Part shown: piece by piece, positions 29,156-40,804 of the stretch
Layout of the letters: each line of letters opens with the position of its first letter
How positions within the stretch are numbered: the first letter of the stretch is position 1
Source of the DNA: an uncultured Verrucomicrobiae bacterium
GTDB taxonomy: Bacteria; Verrucomicrobiota; Verrucomicrobiia; Chthoniobacterales; UBA10450
DNA: 64,000 nt
Direction of reading: 5' to 3'
NCBI GenBank assembly: GCA_963834385.1
Contig: CAWIBO010000001.1
Span: 64,001-128,000 of the forward strand
Translations under genes and position numbers: made by a program
Notes under the pieces: model-generated
Told to the model about the DNA's origin: nothing
The model's database searches: none
Seen by the model: the letters and a program-made list of their open reading frames with translations, nothing else

Positions 29156-31582
29156 CTACTCATGGCGGAGCGCCTCCATCGGCTCCACGCGCGCTGCGCG
29201 GCGAGCGGGCACGAGACAGGCGATCGCGGCGGTCAGCGCCAGGAGAAGGCAGGCCGCCAAATAGCTGAGAAGATCAAATGCGGTCACGCCGAAAAGCGAG
29301 GCGCGCAGAATCTGTCCAACCAGGAACGCGCCGACCAACCCAAGCATCACCCCGACGCACACCGCTCGCATTCCCTGCCCTGCCACCAAGCGCAGGACGC
29401 TCGCGCGGGTGGCGCCGAGCGCCATGCGGATGCCAATCTCGCGGGTCCGCTGAGTCACGCCCTGCGCCATCGAACCATAAAGACCCGTGGCGGCGAGAGC
29501 CAGGGCGACAATCGAGAAAAACCCGAGCAGCCAGCCACGCAGACGTTGTTGCCAAATCGAATTGGCAACCTCATCGCCGAGCGCGACAAAATTAAACAGG
29601 CCGACCTCGGGCGCGAAGGCGGCGAGATCCTTCTGCAGAACTGGGACGAGATTCATCGGAGCGACACCATCACGCAGACGGATCAGGAGGTGCATCTGCT
29701 TCCAGGCCAGCTGAAGACTCGGCTGGTAAAGGTCGGGACCCGCATCTCCTTCCAGTGCCTGATGTTTCACGTCGCCGACCACTCCCACCACCGTCATCCA
29801 GGTCGATTCCGGGTCGCCTTGTCCTCCGATCCTGAGGCGTAGTCCGATCGCCTCCGCTCCCGGCCAGAGCCTTTGCGCGAGGCGATCGCTGATGATGCAA
29901 ACACGCGGCGCTTCAAGGTTGTCGCGCGCATCAAAGACCCGCCCGCCTCGAAGCGGAAGAGAGAGCACCCGAAAATAATCGGGACTGATCGTTTGAAAAT
30001 TCGCGTGCGGATTTCGGTTTTGTTCATCGATCGACTGATGCTCGGCGATGAGCTTCACGCGGTTCCATGGCCGCTGCGGAACGAAGGGCGGGCTGTTGTT
30101 CGCCGCCACCGCTTCCACGCCAGGCAACTGCGCAATGCGGTCAAGCAAACGCACAAACCGATCGATTCGAGTCCGGTTCGATTCTTCTGCGCGATAGGTC
30201 GGATTCGCCTCCAACATAAGAACGTTGCGGGCGTCGAAGCCGGGATCGACTTCATCGAGTTTGAGCACGCTGCGCAGGACCAGGCTCGCGCCCACGAGGA
30301 GCACGAGCGAAATCGCGATCTGCGACACCAGGAGAAGCTCCCGCCCGCCTCCGCTTCGGCTGCTGCCACCCGTCCCGCCGGCGCCGTGACTCCTGAGTCC
30401 GCTGGCCAGGCCCAGGCGGGTCGCCTGCCAGGCCGGTAACGAACCGGTAAGCAAGGCCGCTGCTGCGGATATCCCGACGGTGAAAGCCAGGACGCTGAGA
30501 TTTACATCGATGGTCAGCCAAAAGGGCAGCTCCGCTGGAATCGTCGTTGCGACAAAATCGACCAACCAATGGGCAAGAAGGATTCCGCCAAGGCCGCCCG
30601 CGCCAGTCAGCAACGCGCTTTCCGCGAGAAGCTGCCGTGCAATTTGTGCGCGGCTCGCCCCGAGCGCGGCTCGCACACTAAATTCGCGCGCACGCGCCAC
30701 GCCGCGTGCAAGCAGAAGCTGGCTCACGTTGGCACAGGCAATCAAGAGAAGGCTCCCACAAGCGCCAAAGAGCAGAAAAATCGATGGGCGCACCGGGCCG
30801 GTCCAGTGCTCGCGCAGGGCGACGACGGCAGCGCCGACATCCTTGTTTGTCTCGGGATGGCGCTGCGCCAGGCGCTCCGCGATTACTTTCAGTTCCGCTT
30901 GGGCCTCGGACATGGCCACGCCGTCGCGCAGCCGGCCAATCGCCTGATCCGCACGCCACGAGCGATCGATGCTCTTTTCGAAGATGGCAGCCATTGGCAC
31001 CCAAATGTCGGATTGCGACGGGAAACGAAAGCCGGGTGGCATCACGCCCACGACCTCACGCGGGGTGCCATCGAGAGAAATGTTCCGTCCGATGATTCCG
31101 ATATCGCCGCCGAAGCTGCGCTGCCACAGGCGATGGCTGATCAGCATGACTTTGGACGCAGCGGCTTCATCATCAGCCGGGAGAAGATTCCGTCCCAGCA
31201 CCGGGGAGACGCCAAGCAGGTCGAAGAGATTCGCGGTGGTCAAGGTGGTCTTGAGAGTTTCGGTGCCGCCGGCCAACGACTCCAGGTTGCCGTTCCAACG
31301 AAGGTTGAAGAAGGCCATCTCGGTGAAACTCCGCGCCTGACCTTTCCAATCGCGAAAGTCCCGGTAGTTCACCCCGAGGTCGCGGCCCGTTTGCGTGTCG
31401 CGCGACTGCAGCATGACGAGCCGCTCCGGATTTGCGAAAGGCAACGGACGCAAGAGAAACGCGTAGAGCACGCCAAACATTGCGGTGGACGCGCCAATAC
31501 CGCCCGCAAGCGCGCCGATCGCGGCCGCACTGAAGCCCGCGTTCCGATAAAGCTGCCGCAGGGCAAAGCGGAAATTATTCAT
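29156..31582 (-). CDS. Duplicated MacB/FtsX ABC permease (ADOP-type) #4
   Basis: Two MacB_PCD+FtsX halves; LLIACANV, REFSVRAALGA, QRTREIGIRMALGA, DPM-like end EPMEALRHE. Confidence 0.92.
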   Translation of the reverse strand: MNNFRFALRQLYRNAGFSAAAIGALAGGIGASTAMFGVLYAFLLRPLPFANPERLVMLQSRDTQTGRDLGVNYRDFRDWKGQARSFTEMAFFNLRWNGNLESLAGGTETLKTTLTTANLFDLLGVSPVLGRNLLPADDEAAASKVMLISHRLWQRSFGGDIGIIGRNISLDGTPREVVGVMPPGFRFPSQSDIWVPMAAIFEKSIDRSWRADQAIGRLRDGVAMSEAQAELKVIAERLAQRHPETNKDVGAAVVALREHWTGPVRPSIFLLFGACGSLLLIACANVSQLLLARGVARAREFSVRAALGASRAQIARQLLAESALLTGAGGLGGILLAHWLVDFVATTIPAELPFWLTIDVNLSVLAFTVGISAAAALLTGSLPAWQATRLGLASGLRSHGAGGTGGSSRSGGGRELLLVSQIAISLVLLVGASLVLRSVLKLDEVDPGFDARNVLMLEANPTYRAEESNRTRIDRFVRLLDRIAQLPGVEAVAANNSPPFVPQRPWNRVKLIAEHQSIDEQNRNPHANFQTISPDYFRVLSLPLRGGRVFDARDNLEAPRVCIISDRLAQRLWPGAEAIGLRLRIGGQGDPESTWMTVVGVVGDVKHQALEGDAGPDLYQPSLQLAWKQMHLLIRLRDGVAPMNLVPVLQKDLAAFAPEVGLFNFVALGDEVANSIWQQRLRGWLLGFFSIVALALAATGLYGSMAQGVTQRTREIGIRMALGATRASVLRLVAGQGMRAVCVGVMLGLVGAFLVGQILRASLFGVTAFDLLSYLAACLLLALTAAIACLVPARRAARVEPMEALRHE

Positions 31583-31669
31583 GGGACGGCGCAGCCAACC
31601 GCTTGCGCTGGACGTCGAGTTGCCTGCGCGAGTGGACGGGCGAGACGAAGATGCCGATGACCATCATCT

Positions 31670-32347
31670 TTATGGAACGATAAATCCGTCACGAAGCTGA
31701 ATCGTGCGGTTACCATAGGCCGCGTTGGTCTCGGAATGCGTCACCTGCACGATGGTAGTGCCTTCCTGGTTCAGCTTTCTGAACATCTCCATGATTTCCT
31801 CGCCCTGGCTGGAGTGAAGATTCCCCGTCGGCTCATCCGCCAGGATCAGTTTCGGGCTGGAGATGACGGCGCGAGCCACGCCGACAAGCTGTTGCTGGCC
31901 GCCGGAAAGCTGACGGGGGTAGAGATCCTTTTTTGCGACGATGTGGAAACGATCCAGGGTGTCGGCGACCAGGGCCGCCCGCTCGGGCTTGCCAATGCGC
32001 CGATACGAGAGCGGGATATCCAGGTTTTCGTAAACGGTGAGATCGTCCAGCAGATGATATTGCTGAAAAACGAAACCGATCTGCTCGTTGCGCAAATTGG
32101 TGCGCGCCTTCGGTTTCATCAGATGGACGGCCTCCTCGTTGAAGTAGTATTCGCCGCTCCAGGCCTGGTCGTGCAGGCCGAGGACATGCAGGAGGGACGA
32201 CTTTCCTGCGCCCGACGGTCCCATGATGGAGACGAAATCGCCCTGCTCGATCCGGAGATTGATATCGCGCAGGACGTAAAAAAACTGTCCGTGCTCGAGA
32301 GGATAACAGCGTTCGACGTGTTTAAGTTCGATCAGTGGCTTGGGCAT
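31670..32347 (-). CDS. ABC ATP-binding protein (MacB/LolD type) B
   Basis: [38 protein letters not shown]. Confidence 0.93.
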   Translation of the reverse strand: MPKPLIELKHVERCYPLEHGQFFYVLRDINLRIEQGDFVSIMGPSGAGKSSLLHVLGLHDQAWSGEYYFNEEAVHLMKPKARTNLRNEQIGFVFQQYHLLDDLTVYENLDIPLSYRRIGKPERAALVADTLDRFHIVAKKDLYPRQLSGGQQQLVGVARAVISSPKLILADEPTGNLHSSQGEEIMEMFRKLNQEGTTIVQVTHSETNAAYGNRTIQLRDGFIVP

Positions 32348-32417
32348 GACGTTGCTTGCGGAGAATGGCGCTCACCGCGCCAGCGCGACAGACGAAGCAC
32401 CGGGAGAGCGCGCATCC

Positions 32418-34835
32418 TCATTGGGCCTGCGCGAGAGCTTCCATGGGATCGAGTTTAGCCGCGCGGCGCGCGGGCAAATAGCAGGCGGCAAAGGCAACGA
32501 GGGCGAGGAGCAACGAAAGCGCCGCGAAGGTGAGCGGGTCGGCCGCCTGGACGCCATAAAGCAGGTGCGCAATCGTGCGCGTGAGAACGAGCGCGCCCGC
32601 CAGGCCAACGGCGATGCCGACGAGCGCGAGCGTCATCCCTTCAGACACCACCAGGCGCAGAACGTGGGCCCTTTGCGCGCCCAGGGCCATGCGAATCCCA
32701 ATCTCCCGGGTCCGTTGCGTGACGCTGTAGGCCATGACGCCATAGATGCCGACGGCGGCCAGCAGTAACGCGGCGCCGGCAAACACAGTGAAGAGTTGCA
32801 TCGAGACACGGCGCGTGCCCAGCGAATTCCTGATCACATCATTAAAGGTGCGCACGCTGTAGAGGGGTTGATCTTTATCGAGCGCCTGCACTTCGCGGCG
32901 CAGGGTGGCGGCGAACGCGGCGGGATCACCCGCGGTGCGGATAACGAGCCCCATGAAATTCCATGCCGGTTCCTGCGCGTGCGGAACGTAAATCTGCGCG
33001 CTGTTCTCGGCCTCGATCAGGCCCGGCTTGGTGTCTCCGACAACACCCACAATTTCGCGCAGGAATTCTTCGTCCCGCCAGATCTGGAGGCGTTGGCCAA
33101 CCGCCGCCGCGACGGAACCGAAGTGACGTTTCGCGAGCGATGCATTAACGATTGCGACCTTCGGCGCGTCCCCATTGTCCCTGACTTCGAAGAAACGACC
33201 GGCCAGCAGTGGAATTTGCATGGCGCGGAAGTATTGGCCCGTGATCGTCGAGTAGCTCGCGTCGGAGGCTTCATCCACCGTCAACGGACGTCCTTCCGGG
33301 ATGTAGGCACGCCCAATGGCATAGTTGCTGGCATAAAGCGGAAGATTGACGCCGCCGCCCACCGCCTGCACGCCCGGCAGGGCCTCGAGTCGCTCCACCA
33401 ATCGGCGGAAAAACTCGGGGCGCTGCTCCTCATTGTATTTCGCGCCCGGGAGTGCCAGGCACGCCATGAGGACGTTCTGCGGATTAAAGCCGGGGCGTAC
33501 TTCCTGCAACCGGATGAAACTCCGGATCAGCAGGCCGGCGCCCAGCAACAAGACGAGTGAGAGCGCGACTTCGCCAATAAGCAGCAGTGAGCGCGCGCGG
33601 GTGCGATGATGCATATCCCCGCCGCGTCCGCCGGCCTTGAGCGAGCTGCTGAGATCGAGCCGGGAGGCCTGCCACGCCGGCGCGAGCCCAAAGAGGAGGC
33701 CGGTCAGGGCGGTGACACCAAGGGCAAACAACAGCACGCGATAATCGATTCCCACCTCTTCAAGGCGCGGCGCGCCTTCCGGGAGCATCGGAACCAAAGC
33801 GTCGATCAACCAGACGCTAAGCAACAACCCGGCGAGGCCGCCCATGGCGGAGAGAAGCAGGCTCTCGGTGAGCAGCTGCCTGACGACGCGGGCGCGGGTC
33901 GCGCCCACGGCGGCACGGATCGCGATTTCCTTTTGCCGCGCCGCGCCGCGCGCGAGCAGCAGGTTGGCAACATTCGCACAGGCAATGAGCAGCACGGTTC
34001 CAACCGCGCCCAGCAGGGCCAGTAACGACGGCTTCACCTCGCGGACCAGCCGCTCATGCAAGGGCGAAAGCCTTGCCTCCCAGCCTTTGTTCGAGTCGGG
34101 AAATTGTTTCGCCAACCGCGCGTTGATCGCGCTCACCCGGGATTGCGCCTGCTTGAGGTCCACCCCCGGGTTGAGTCGCGCGATTACCGACCAGGATCGA
34201 TTTTCACGTGGCTCTTCGGAAAGTTCGACCCCGCTCGTAACCCAGACCTGGGTGCCAAACGGAAAGTCGAAGCCCGGCGGCATGACCCCAACCACGGTCA
34301 GCGGCCGCGCGTTGATTTGGACCTGTTGCCCGATGATGCCCGGATCGGAACCGAAGCGACGTTTCCACAAACCATGGCTGATGATCACAACCGTTTGCGC
34401 GCCCGGCTGATCTTCCTCCGGACGAAAGGCACGCCCGAGGAACGGCTGCACGCCCAATACATGGAAAAACGAATTCGTCACACCGGCGCGGGGCACACGC
34501 TCGGGTTCACCCCCTTCCGCGCCAATATTCGAGCTGGCGCTGTAGAAGGCCGCCATCGCGGAAAAGATATCGCTTTGCTGCGACCAATCGATGAAATCCA
34601 GGTAGGAGACGTTGCTGTCAGTTATGCTTTGCAAGGGATTCTGCCCTTCAAAATATAAGATTCGATCCGGTTCGGGGAACGCCAGCGGGCGCAGGAGGAC
34701 ACCGTTAACCAGACTGAAGATGGCGGTGTTGGCGCCGAGGCCGAGGGCGAGCGCGGTGATGGCGACGAGGCTGAAGCCTTTATGCTTCAGAAGCATGCGA
34801 AAGGCGTAGCGGAGATCGTAAAGAAGAACGCCCAT
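32418..34835 (-). CDS. Duplicated MacB/FtsX ABC permease (ADOP-type) #3
   Basis: [50 protein letters not shown]. Confidence 0.93.
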   Translation of the reverse strand: MGVLLYDLRYAFRMLLKHKGFSLVAITALALGLGANTAIFSLVNGVLLRPLAFPEPDRILYFEGQNPLQSITDSNVSYLDFIDWSQQSDIFSAMAAFYSASSNIGAEGGEPERVPRAGVTNSFFHVLGVQPFLGRAFRPEEDQPGAQTVVIISHGLWKRRFGSDPGIIGQQVQINARPLTVVGVMPPGFDFPFGTQVWVTSGVELSEEPRENRSWSVIARLNPGVDLKQAQSRVSAINARLAKQFPDSNKGWEARLSPLHERLVREVKPSLLALLGAVGTVLLIACANVANLLLARGAARQKEIAIRAAVGATRARVVRQLLTESLLLSAMGGLAGLLLSVWLIDALVPMLPEGAPRLEEVGIDYRVLLFALGVTALTGLLFGLAPAWQASRLDLSSSLKAGGRGGDMHHRTRARSLLLIGEVALSLVLLLGAGLLIRSFIRLQEVRPGFNPQNVLMACLALPGAKYNEEQRPEFFRRLVERLEALPGVQAVGGGVNLPLYASNYAIGRAYIPEGRPLTVDEASDASYSTITGQYFRAMQIPLLAGRFFEVRDNGDAPKVAIVNASLAKRHFGSVAAAVGQRLQIWRDEEFLREIVGVVGDTKPGLIEAENSAQIYVPHAQEPAWNFMGLVIRTAGDPAAFAATLRREVQALDKDQPLYSVRTFNDVIRNSLGTRRVSMQLFTVFAGAALLLAAVGIYGVMAYSVTQRTREIGIRMALGAQRAHVLRLVVSEGMTLALVGIAVGLAGALVLTRTIAHLLYGVQAADPLTFAALSLLLALVAFAACYLPARRAAKLDPMEALAQAQ

Positions 34836-34919
34836 GGTCTCAGGCTTAGGGCAGGAGGATCGTCACGGAATACCTCCGAAGGAGAAGGGTGAGCGACGAA
34901 GAGATGGTCTTTTCACTCA

Positions 34920-37373
34920 TCAGGCTTTGTGGGTGAGGGCAATCATCGGATCCGCCCTCGTGGCGCGGACGGCCGGGATGACGGTGGCCGCCAGAGCCAC
35001 GCCAGCGAGCGCGAGCGGGACAAGAACAAAGGTGGCAAGGTCGAGCGAGCTGACGCTAAAGAGAAGCGCTTGCAGGGAACGCGTCCCAGCCAGCGCAAGG
35101 AGGAGCCCCGCGATCGCTCCGAAGGCGATCAGACGGAGTCCCTGCCCGACGACCATGGCCATGATATCACTTCGTTGCGCCCCCAGGGCCATGCGCACCC
35201 CGATCTCGTGGGTGCGCTGAGCCACCAGCGAAGACATCACGCCATAGATCCCGACCGCAGCCAAAAGCAGCGCCAGTCCGGCAAATCCCGTGATCAGCAG
35301 CACCGAAAGACGCCGGGGCGCGACGGACTCAGCGATCACCGCGGCCAGCGGCCGGATCTTCGCAACCGGTTGGTCCTGGTCGAAGGAAAGCACTTCCTGC
35401 CGGACGGGTGCAGCCAGGCTCATGGGAGCTGGCGTGGTCCGCAGGGCCAGGATCATCTGGCGATAAGGCAGCTGCGCATGGGGCACGTAAAATTCCGGCT
35501 GAGGCGGCTCGTCCAGGGCGCGATGTCGGACGTCCCCGACCACGCCCACCACCGTCATCCACTTCTCATCCTTCGGATCTTCAATCGTCATTCTCTTCCC
35601 AAGCGGCTCCTCGTTCGGCCAGTACTTCCGGGCCAGCGCCTGGTTGATAATGACCACGCCGGGCGCCTCCGCCGTGTCCGATTGATCGAAGAAACGGCCC
35701 TTGCTCAGGGGGATCTGCATCGCCTTGAAGTAATCAGGCGTGACCGAGCGAATCTGCTCGTCCGGGTGCGGCTCGGAGGGACCGTAGTGGCGGCCCTCGA
35801 TGTCGAAGGAGTTGTCCGAGCTCGACCCGCTCAAGGGGAGGATGGAGGCAAACGCGGCCGCCTCCACCCCGGGCAGGGCGGAAAGCCGGCGGGTCATCTC
35901 CCCGTAAAAATCGATCACCGGCCGGCCCCGCTCGTATTTTGTGGGTGGCAGGAACAGTTCCATGGTCAGGACGCTGGCCGGGTTGAAACCGGGGCTGACG
36001 TTCTGCAGACGAATGAAACTCTTCAGCAGAAGACCGGCGCTGACGAGGAGAACAAGGGCGAGCGCGATCTCGGCCACGACCATGCCATTGCGGAGACGGT
36101 TGCGGCGGCGGCTCTCGGTGGAACCGCGGCCCCCTTCCTTCAAAGCCTCGGTCAGTTCGGGCCGGGCACTGGTCAGCGCCGGGAAAAGACCGAAGACAAT
36201 CCCGGTCACCGCCGAGATGGCCAGGGTGACGCCAAGCACGCGCCAGTCGAGATTCACCTCGGCCAGCCGCGGGAGACTTTGCGCACCCAGCGCCCGCAGC
36301 AGTTCAAGGCTCCACCAGGCGAGAAGGATGCCGGCGAGACCGCCTGCCACCGCCAGGACAACGCTCTCTGTCAGTAATTGTCGCAGCAGACGGAGCGGTC
36401 CGGCGCCAAGGGCAACGCGGATGGCCATTTCCCGTTCGCGCGACGCCGCGCGCGCGAGCAGCATCATGCTGAGATTGGCGCAGGCGATGAGCAACACCAG
36501 GCCGACGGCGGCGAGCACGATCAGGAGAGCCACGCGCACTCCGCCGACAACCTGTTCGCGCAAGGGGTAGAGGCGCCCGCCAAAGCTCGGCCCCGGCGGA
36601 TAATTTTGGGCGTACTCGCTTTTCCAGCGCTCCGTCAGCGCGTTCAGTTCCGCCTGCGCCTCCGCCATGGTCACCTCGGCGCGCAGACGCCCGATCAGGC
36701 CATGACTGCGCGACCCGCGCGATTTTCGTTCGCCTTCGGTGAAGGCAACCGGGCGCCAGATGTCCGCCGGATCGGAAGATCTCCCGGCCTCGACGCCATG
36801 CACCGGGAGCGGAAACTCAAACCCGGCCGGCATGATGCCGATGATTTCGCAGGGGCGTCCGTTCAAGGCGATACGGCGCCCGAGCAGGTCCGGATCGGAA
36901 TCAAAACGGGTGCGCCAGAGACGCTCGCTGATCACGACCACGTCGTTCCGTCCCTCGCCCATCTCTTCCGGCGCAAAGGCGCGCCCGCGGAGGGGACTGA
37001 CGCCAAGCACGGAGAACAGGCCGGGTGTAACCACGGCGCCTTCGATGCGCTCCGGCCGGTCGCCGTCGGTGAGGTTGAAGGAAGCAGTATCGAATGCGGC
37101 GATTCCCGCAAAACTGCGGAGGCGCTCCTCGTAATCGAGATATTCCGGGACGGAAACCGGAATCTGGTGCAACCCCTGCGCGGAAAAATGTTCCCAGAGC
37201 AGGACGAGGCGGCCCGGATCGCGAAACGGAAGCGGCCGGACGAGGATGCCATTGACGAGACTCAGGACGGCGGTGTTCGCGCCGATGGCGAGGGCCAGCG
37301 TCCCGATCGCCAGCAGGGTGAAGGTGGGCGACTTGGCGAGAACGCGCAGGGCGTATTGAATTTCCTTCAGCAT
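34920..37373 (-). CDS. Duplicated MacB/FtsX ABC permease (ADOP-type) #2
   Basis: Start MLKEIQYALR; LALAIGANTA, LLIACANL, QRTHEIGVRMALGA, ADPMIAL. Confidence 0.93.
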   Translation of the reverse strand: MLKEIQYALRVLAKSPTFTLLAIGTLALAIGANTAVLSLVNGILVRPLPFRDPGRLVLLWEHFSAQGLHQIPVSVPEYLDYEERLRSFAGIAAFDTASFNLTDGDRPERIEGAVVTPGLFSVLGVSPLRGRAFAPEEMGEGRNDVVVISERLWRTRFDSDPDLLGRRIALNGRPCEIIGIMPAGFEFPLPVHGVEAGRSSDPADIWRPVAFTEGERKSRGSRSHGLIGRLRAEVTMAEAQAELNALTERWKSEYAQNYPPGPSFGGRLYPLREQVVGGVRVALLIVLAAVGLVLLIACANLSMMLLARAASREREMAIRVALGAGPLRLLRQLLTESVVLAVAGGLAGILLAWWSLELLRALGAQSLPRLAEVNLDWRVLGVTLAISAVTGIVFGLFPALTSARPELTEALKEGGRGSTESRRRNRLRNGMVVAEIALALVLLVSAGLLLKSFIRLQNVSPGFNPASVLTMELFLPPTKYERGRPVIDFYGEMTRRLSALPGVEAAAFASILPLSGSSSDNSFDIEGRHYGPSEPHPDEQIRSVTPDYFKAMQIPLSKGRFFDQSDTAEAPGVVIINQALARKYWPNEEPLGKRMTIEDPKDEKWMTVVGVVGDVRHRALDEPPQPEFYVPHAQLPYRQMILALRTTPAPMSLAAPVRQEVLSFDQDQPVAKIRPLAAVIAESVAPRRLSVLLITGFAGLALLLAAVGIYGVMSSLVAQRTHEIGVRMALGAQRSDIMAMVVGQGLRLIAFGAIAGLLLALAGTRSLQALLFSVSSLDLATFVLVPLALAGVALAATVIPAVRATRADPMIALTHKA

Positions 37374-37401
37374 GGGCAGGGGCGGAACGGCAGGCGGGTT
37401 T

Positions 37402-39813
37402 TCATTCGTAACGAAGGGCCTCCGCCGGATCGAGTCGCAGGACCGTCCGGGCCGGCAGATAACAGGCGACCAGTCCAACCGCCAGCAGGAGGAGCGGCAC
37501 CAGGGCGAAACTGACCGGATCGTGCGCCGGGATTCCGTGCAGGCTGTCGTCGAGAAGCCGAACCAGGAAAAAGGCGCCAAAGAAGCCGATCATCAGCCCG
37601 AGCAGGATCAGGCGCACCCCATGGCCCGTGACCAGGCCGAGCACGTCGCGAGCCTGCGCCCCGAGGGCAATCCGCACCCCGATCTCTTGCGTCCGCTGCC
37701 GGACCGAATAGGCCATGACTCCGTAGAGCCCGAGCGAGGCCAGGAAAAGGGCGAGCCCGGCAAAAAGAACAAAAAGCGTCCCGAAAAAGCGGCGATCCCA
37801 GTAGGACTGCGCCACCACTTCCTCCATGGAAAGCACCCGGTAGATGGGAATGCCGTCATTCACGGAGAGGACGGCGTTCTGCGCCGCCTTCACCAAACTC
37901 ATTGGTTCGCCTTTCGTCCGCAGCAGCACCGACATGAAGGCGCTCGGCTTCTGGCTTTCCGGCATGTAGACCACCGGGAAATGCCGTTGCTTGGTCAGGC
38001 GTTCGTACTCCACCCGCCGCACCACGCCCACCACCGTGAGCCATTTCGGTTTTTCGCCCAGCTTGTCGAGGGTGCGCAAACGCTGTCCCACCGGGTCGAG
38101 CCCGGGAAACCAGGCGCGGGCCGCCACTTCGTCAATCATGACCACGGGAGGCGCCTCGGCTCCATCACTTTCGGAAAAGGCGCGGCCTCGCAGAAGCGGA
38201 ATGCGCGCGACCTCAAGGAAACCAGGCGTGATCGAGACGGCATGCGCGAGGCGCGCCTCCTGCAATTGCGTTGGTTCCGGCTCGCCAAAAAGACTGAACC
38301 CGCCCAGGCCCACATCGCCACTGGCCGGGAGCGAAGAAGTGGCTCCACTGCTTTCCACCCCGGGAATCCGTCGCAGGCGCGGCATCAGTTTCTCGAAAAA
38401 TCCGACGACGTCCCGCTGGTCCCGGTATTGCACCGGCGGAAGACCGACGCGGAAGGTGAGGGTGCTCGCCTCGTCGACGCCGATGTCCGCGTTCTGAAGC
38501 TTGAGAAAACTCCGCAGCATCAGACCGGCCCCGACCAGGAGGATCAGCGCGAGCGCCACTTCTGAAACCACCAGCGCATTGCGCACTCGCAGGCCCCGGG
38601 CGCCGCCGCTGCCGGCGCGGCCGCCTTCTTTCAGCGTCTCGACCAGATTCGGTCGCGACGCCTGCAGCGCCGGGAAAAGACCGAAGACGAGGCTGGAAAC
38701 AAACCCGGTGCCGAGCGCAAAAAGGATGACGCGCCAGTCCAGGTCGAAGTGAATGAAATACGGAATCTCGACCGGGATGGTGGCCACCATGAGGTCGACG
38801 CCCCAGACCGCCACGAGGATGCCGGCGGCACTGCCCGCGGCCCCGAGGACAAAGCTCTCGGCCAGCAAGTGGCGGATGATCTGGCGGCGACTGGCCCCGA
38901 GCGCGAGGCGCACCGCAATCTCCTTCGCGCGGGTGGCCCCCCGGGCGAGCAGGAGGTTGGCCACATTCGCGCAGGCGATCAGGTGCACGAAAATCACCGC
39001 CCCCATCATGAGCAGCACCAGGGCCCTGGTTTCCTCGGCCAGCTCGTCCCGGAGCAACTTCAAGCGCACGCCGCATCCGCTGTGCGTTGCCGGGAATGCC
39101 GCCGCCAGCCGACCGGCGATGGCCTCGAGTTCCGTGCGCCCTTCCTCCAGCGACACCCCCTTCTTCAGCCTGGCATAACCGCGCAGCGAAAAGTTCCCCC
39201 GCTGCAAATCCTTCTCCGAGGGCTGGAACGGCATCCAGATGTCCGACGTTTCCGGAAACCGGAAGCCCGCCGGCATCACTCCCACCACCGTGGCCTGTTT
39301 GCCGTTCACCGGGACCACCCGGCCAATCACGCCGGGCGAGCCGCCGAATTCCTTCTGCCAGACCTGGTAACCGAGCAACGCCACCGGGGGCGCTCCGGGC
39401 GCATCCTCGCCGGCACGAAAAGAGCGACCCAGGATGGGCTGGACACCGAGAAGGGAAAACAGGTTGGCCGAGACATGCGCGCCGAGATAACGCTGCGGGC
39501 GTTCGCCACTAATGATGTAGGTCGCCTCCTGTGCGCCCCCGACCCCTTCCAGGCTCCGGGCGGCCGCAAATTCCGGCATGTCAGCCAGGGAGAGACCGAG
39601 GTCATGTTCCCCCAGGCGGGGAAAATACTGGCTCAGATAAAGGATGCGGTGCTGGTCCTGCAGATGCGGGAGCGGGCGGAGCAGGATGGCGTTGACCGAG
39701 GAGAAAGTGGTCGTGCTGGCCCCGATCCCGAGGGCGAGGGCGAGGACCGCGATGGCGGTGAAGGCCGGCGTCTTCAACAGCATCCGGAAGGCGAAGCGAA
39801 GATCGCGGATCAT
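37402..39813 (-). CDS. Duplicated MacB/FtsX ABC permease (ADOP-type) #1
   Basis: [49 protein letters not shown]. Confidence 0.93.
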   Translation of the reverse strand: MIRDLRFAFRMLLKTPAFTAIAVLALALGIGASTTTFSSVNAILLRPLPHLQDQHRILYLSQYFPRLGEHDLGLSLADMPEFAAARSLEGVGGAQEATYIISGERPQRYLGAHVSANLFSLLGVQPILGRSFRAGEDAPGAPPVALLGYQVWQKEFGGSPGVIGRVVPVNGKQATVVGVMPAGFRFPETSDIWMPFQPSEKDLQRGNFSLRGYARLKKGVSLEEGRTELEAIAGRLAAAFPATHSGCGVRLKLLRDELAEETRALVLLMMGAVIFVHLIACANVANLLLARGATRAKEIAVRLALGASRRQIIRHLLAESFVLGAAGSAAGILVAVWGVDLMVATIPVEIPYFIHFDLDWRVILFALGTGFVSSLVFGLFPALQASRPNLVETLKEGGRAGSGGARGLRVRNALVVSEVALALILLVGAGLMLRSFLKLQNADIGVDEASTLTFRVGLPPVQYRDQRDVVGFFEKLMPRLRRIPGVESSGATSSLPASGDVGLGGFSLFGEPEPTQLQEARLAHAVSITPGFLEVARIPLLRGRAFSESDGAEAPPVVMIDEVAARAWFPGLDPVGQRLRTLDKLGEKPKWLTVVGVVRRVEYERLTKQRHFPVVYMPESQKPSAFMSVLLRTKGEPMSLVKAAQNAVLSVNDGIPIYRVLSMEEVVAQSYWDRRFFGTLFVLFAGLALFLASLGLYGVMAYSVRQRTQEIGVRIALGAQARDVLGLVTGHGVRLILLGLMIGFFGAFFLVRLLDDSLHGIPAHDPVSFALVPLLLLAVGLVACYLPARTVLRLDPAEALRYE

Positions 39814-40004
39814 GGGAGGAGGGCGCCCGGGCGCGAATCCGCCGGGTTAAAATGGTGCGGGGTGAATCCGCGGTCTCCGTTTCGTTCCCCGGCCGCACGG
39901 AGACCGGGGAACGAACGGACCGACACAACCAGGTTGGCGGCGAGGAGAAGCCAGATCAGAAAAAGCACGCGCAGCGAAAGGCTGTCTTTCTCGTGCCGAT
40001 TCAT
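39810..40004 (-). CDS. Putative 64-aa single-pass membrane protein
   Basis: Hydrophobic [19 protein letters not shown]; fills the gap after the ATPase; its stop overlaps the permease start (ATGA). Confidence 0.45.
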   Translation of the reverse strand: MNRHEKDSLSLRVLFLIWLLLAANLVVSVRSFPGLRAAGERNGDRGFTPHHFNPADSRPGALLP

Positions 40005-40028
40005 CGCGGGCTTCGCGCTCCCGAAATT

Positions 40029-40766
<738 letters not shown>

Positions 40767-40804
40767 ATCAGGGTTCTGGTTGGGTTTGGGTCTTGCGGGT
40801 TGAA

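Noticed and set aside
40770..40800. Four GGG tracts (G-quadruplex-like) between the MFP and ATPase genes
   Set aside because: On the template strand, one loop is 8 nt, and it is more simply an unstructured A/C-rich leader on the mRNA.
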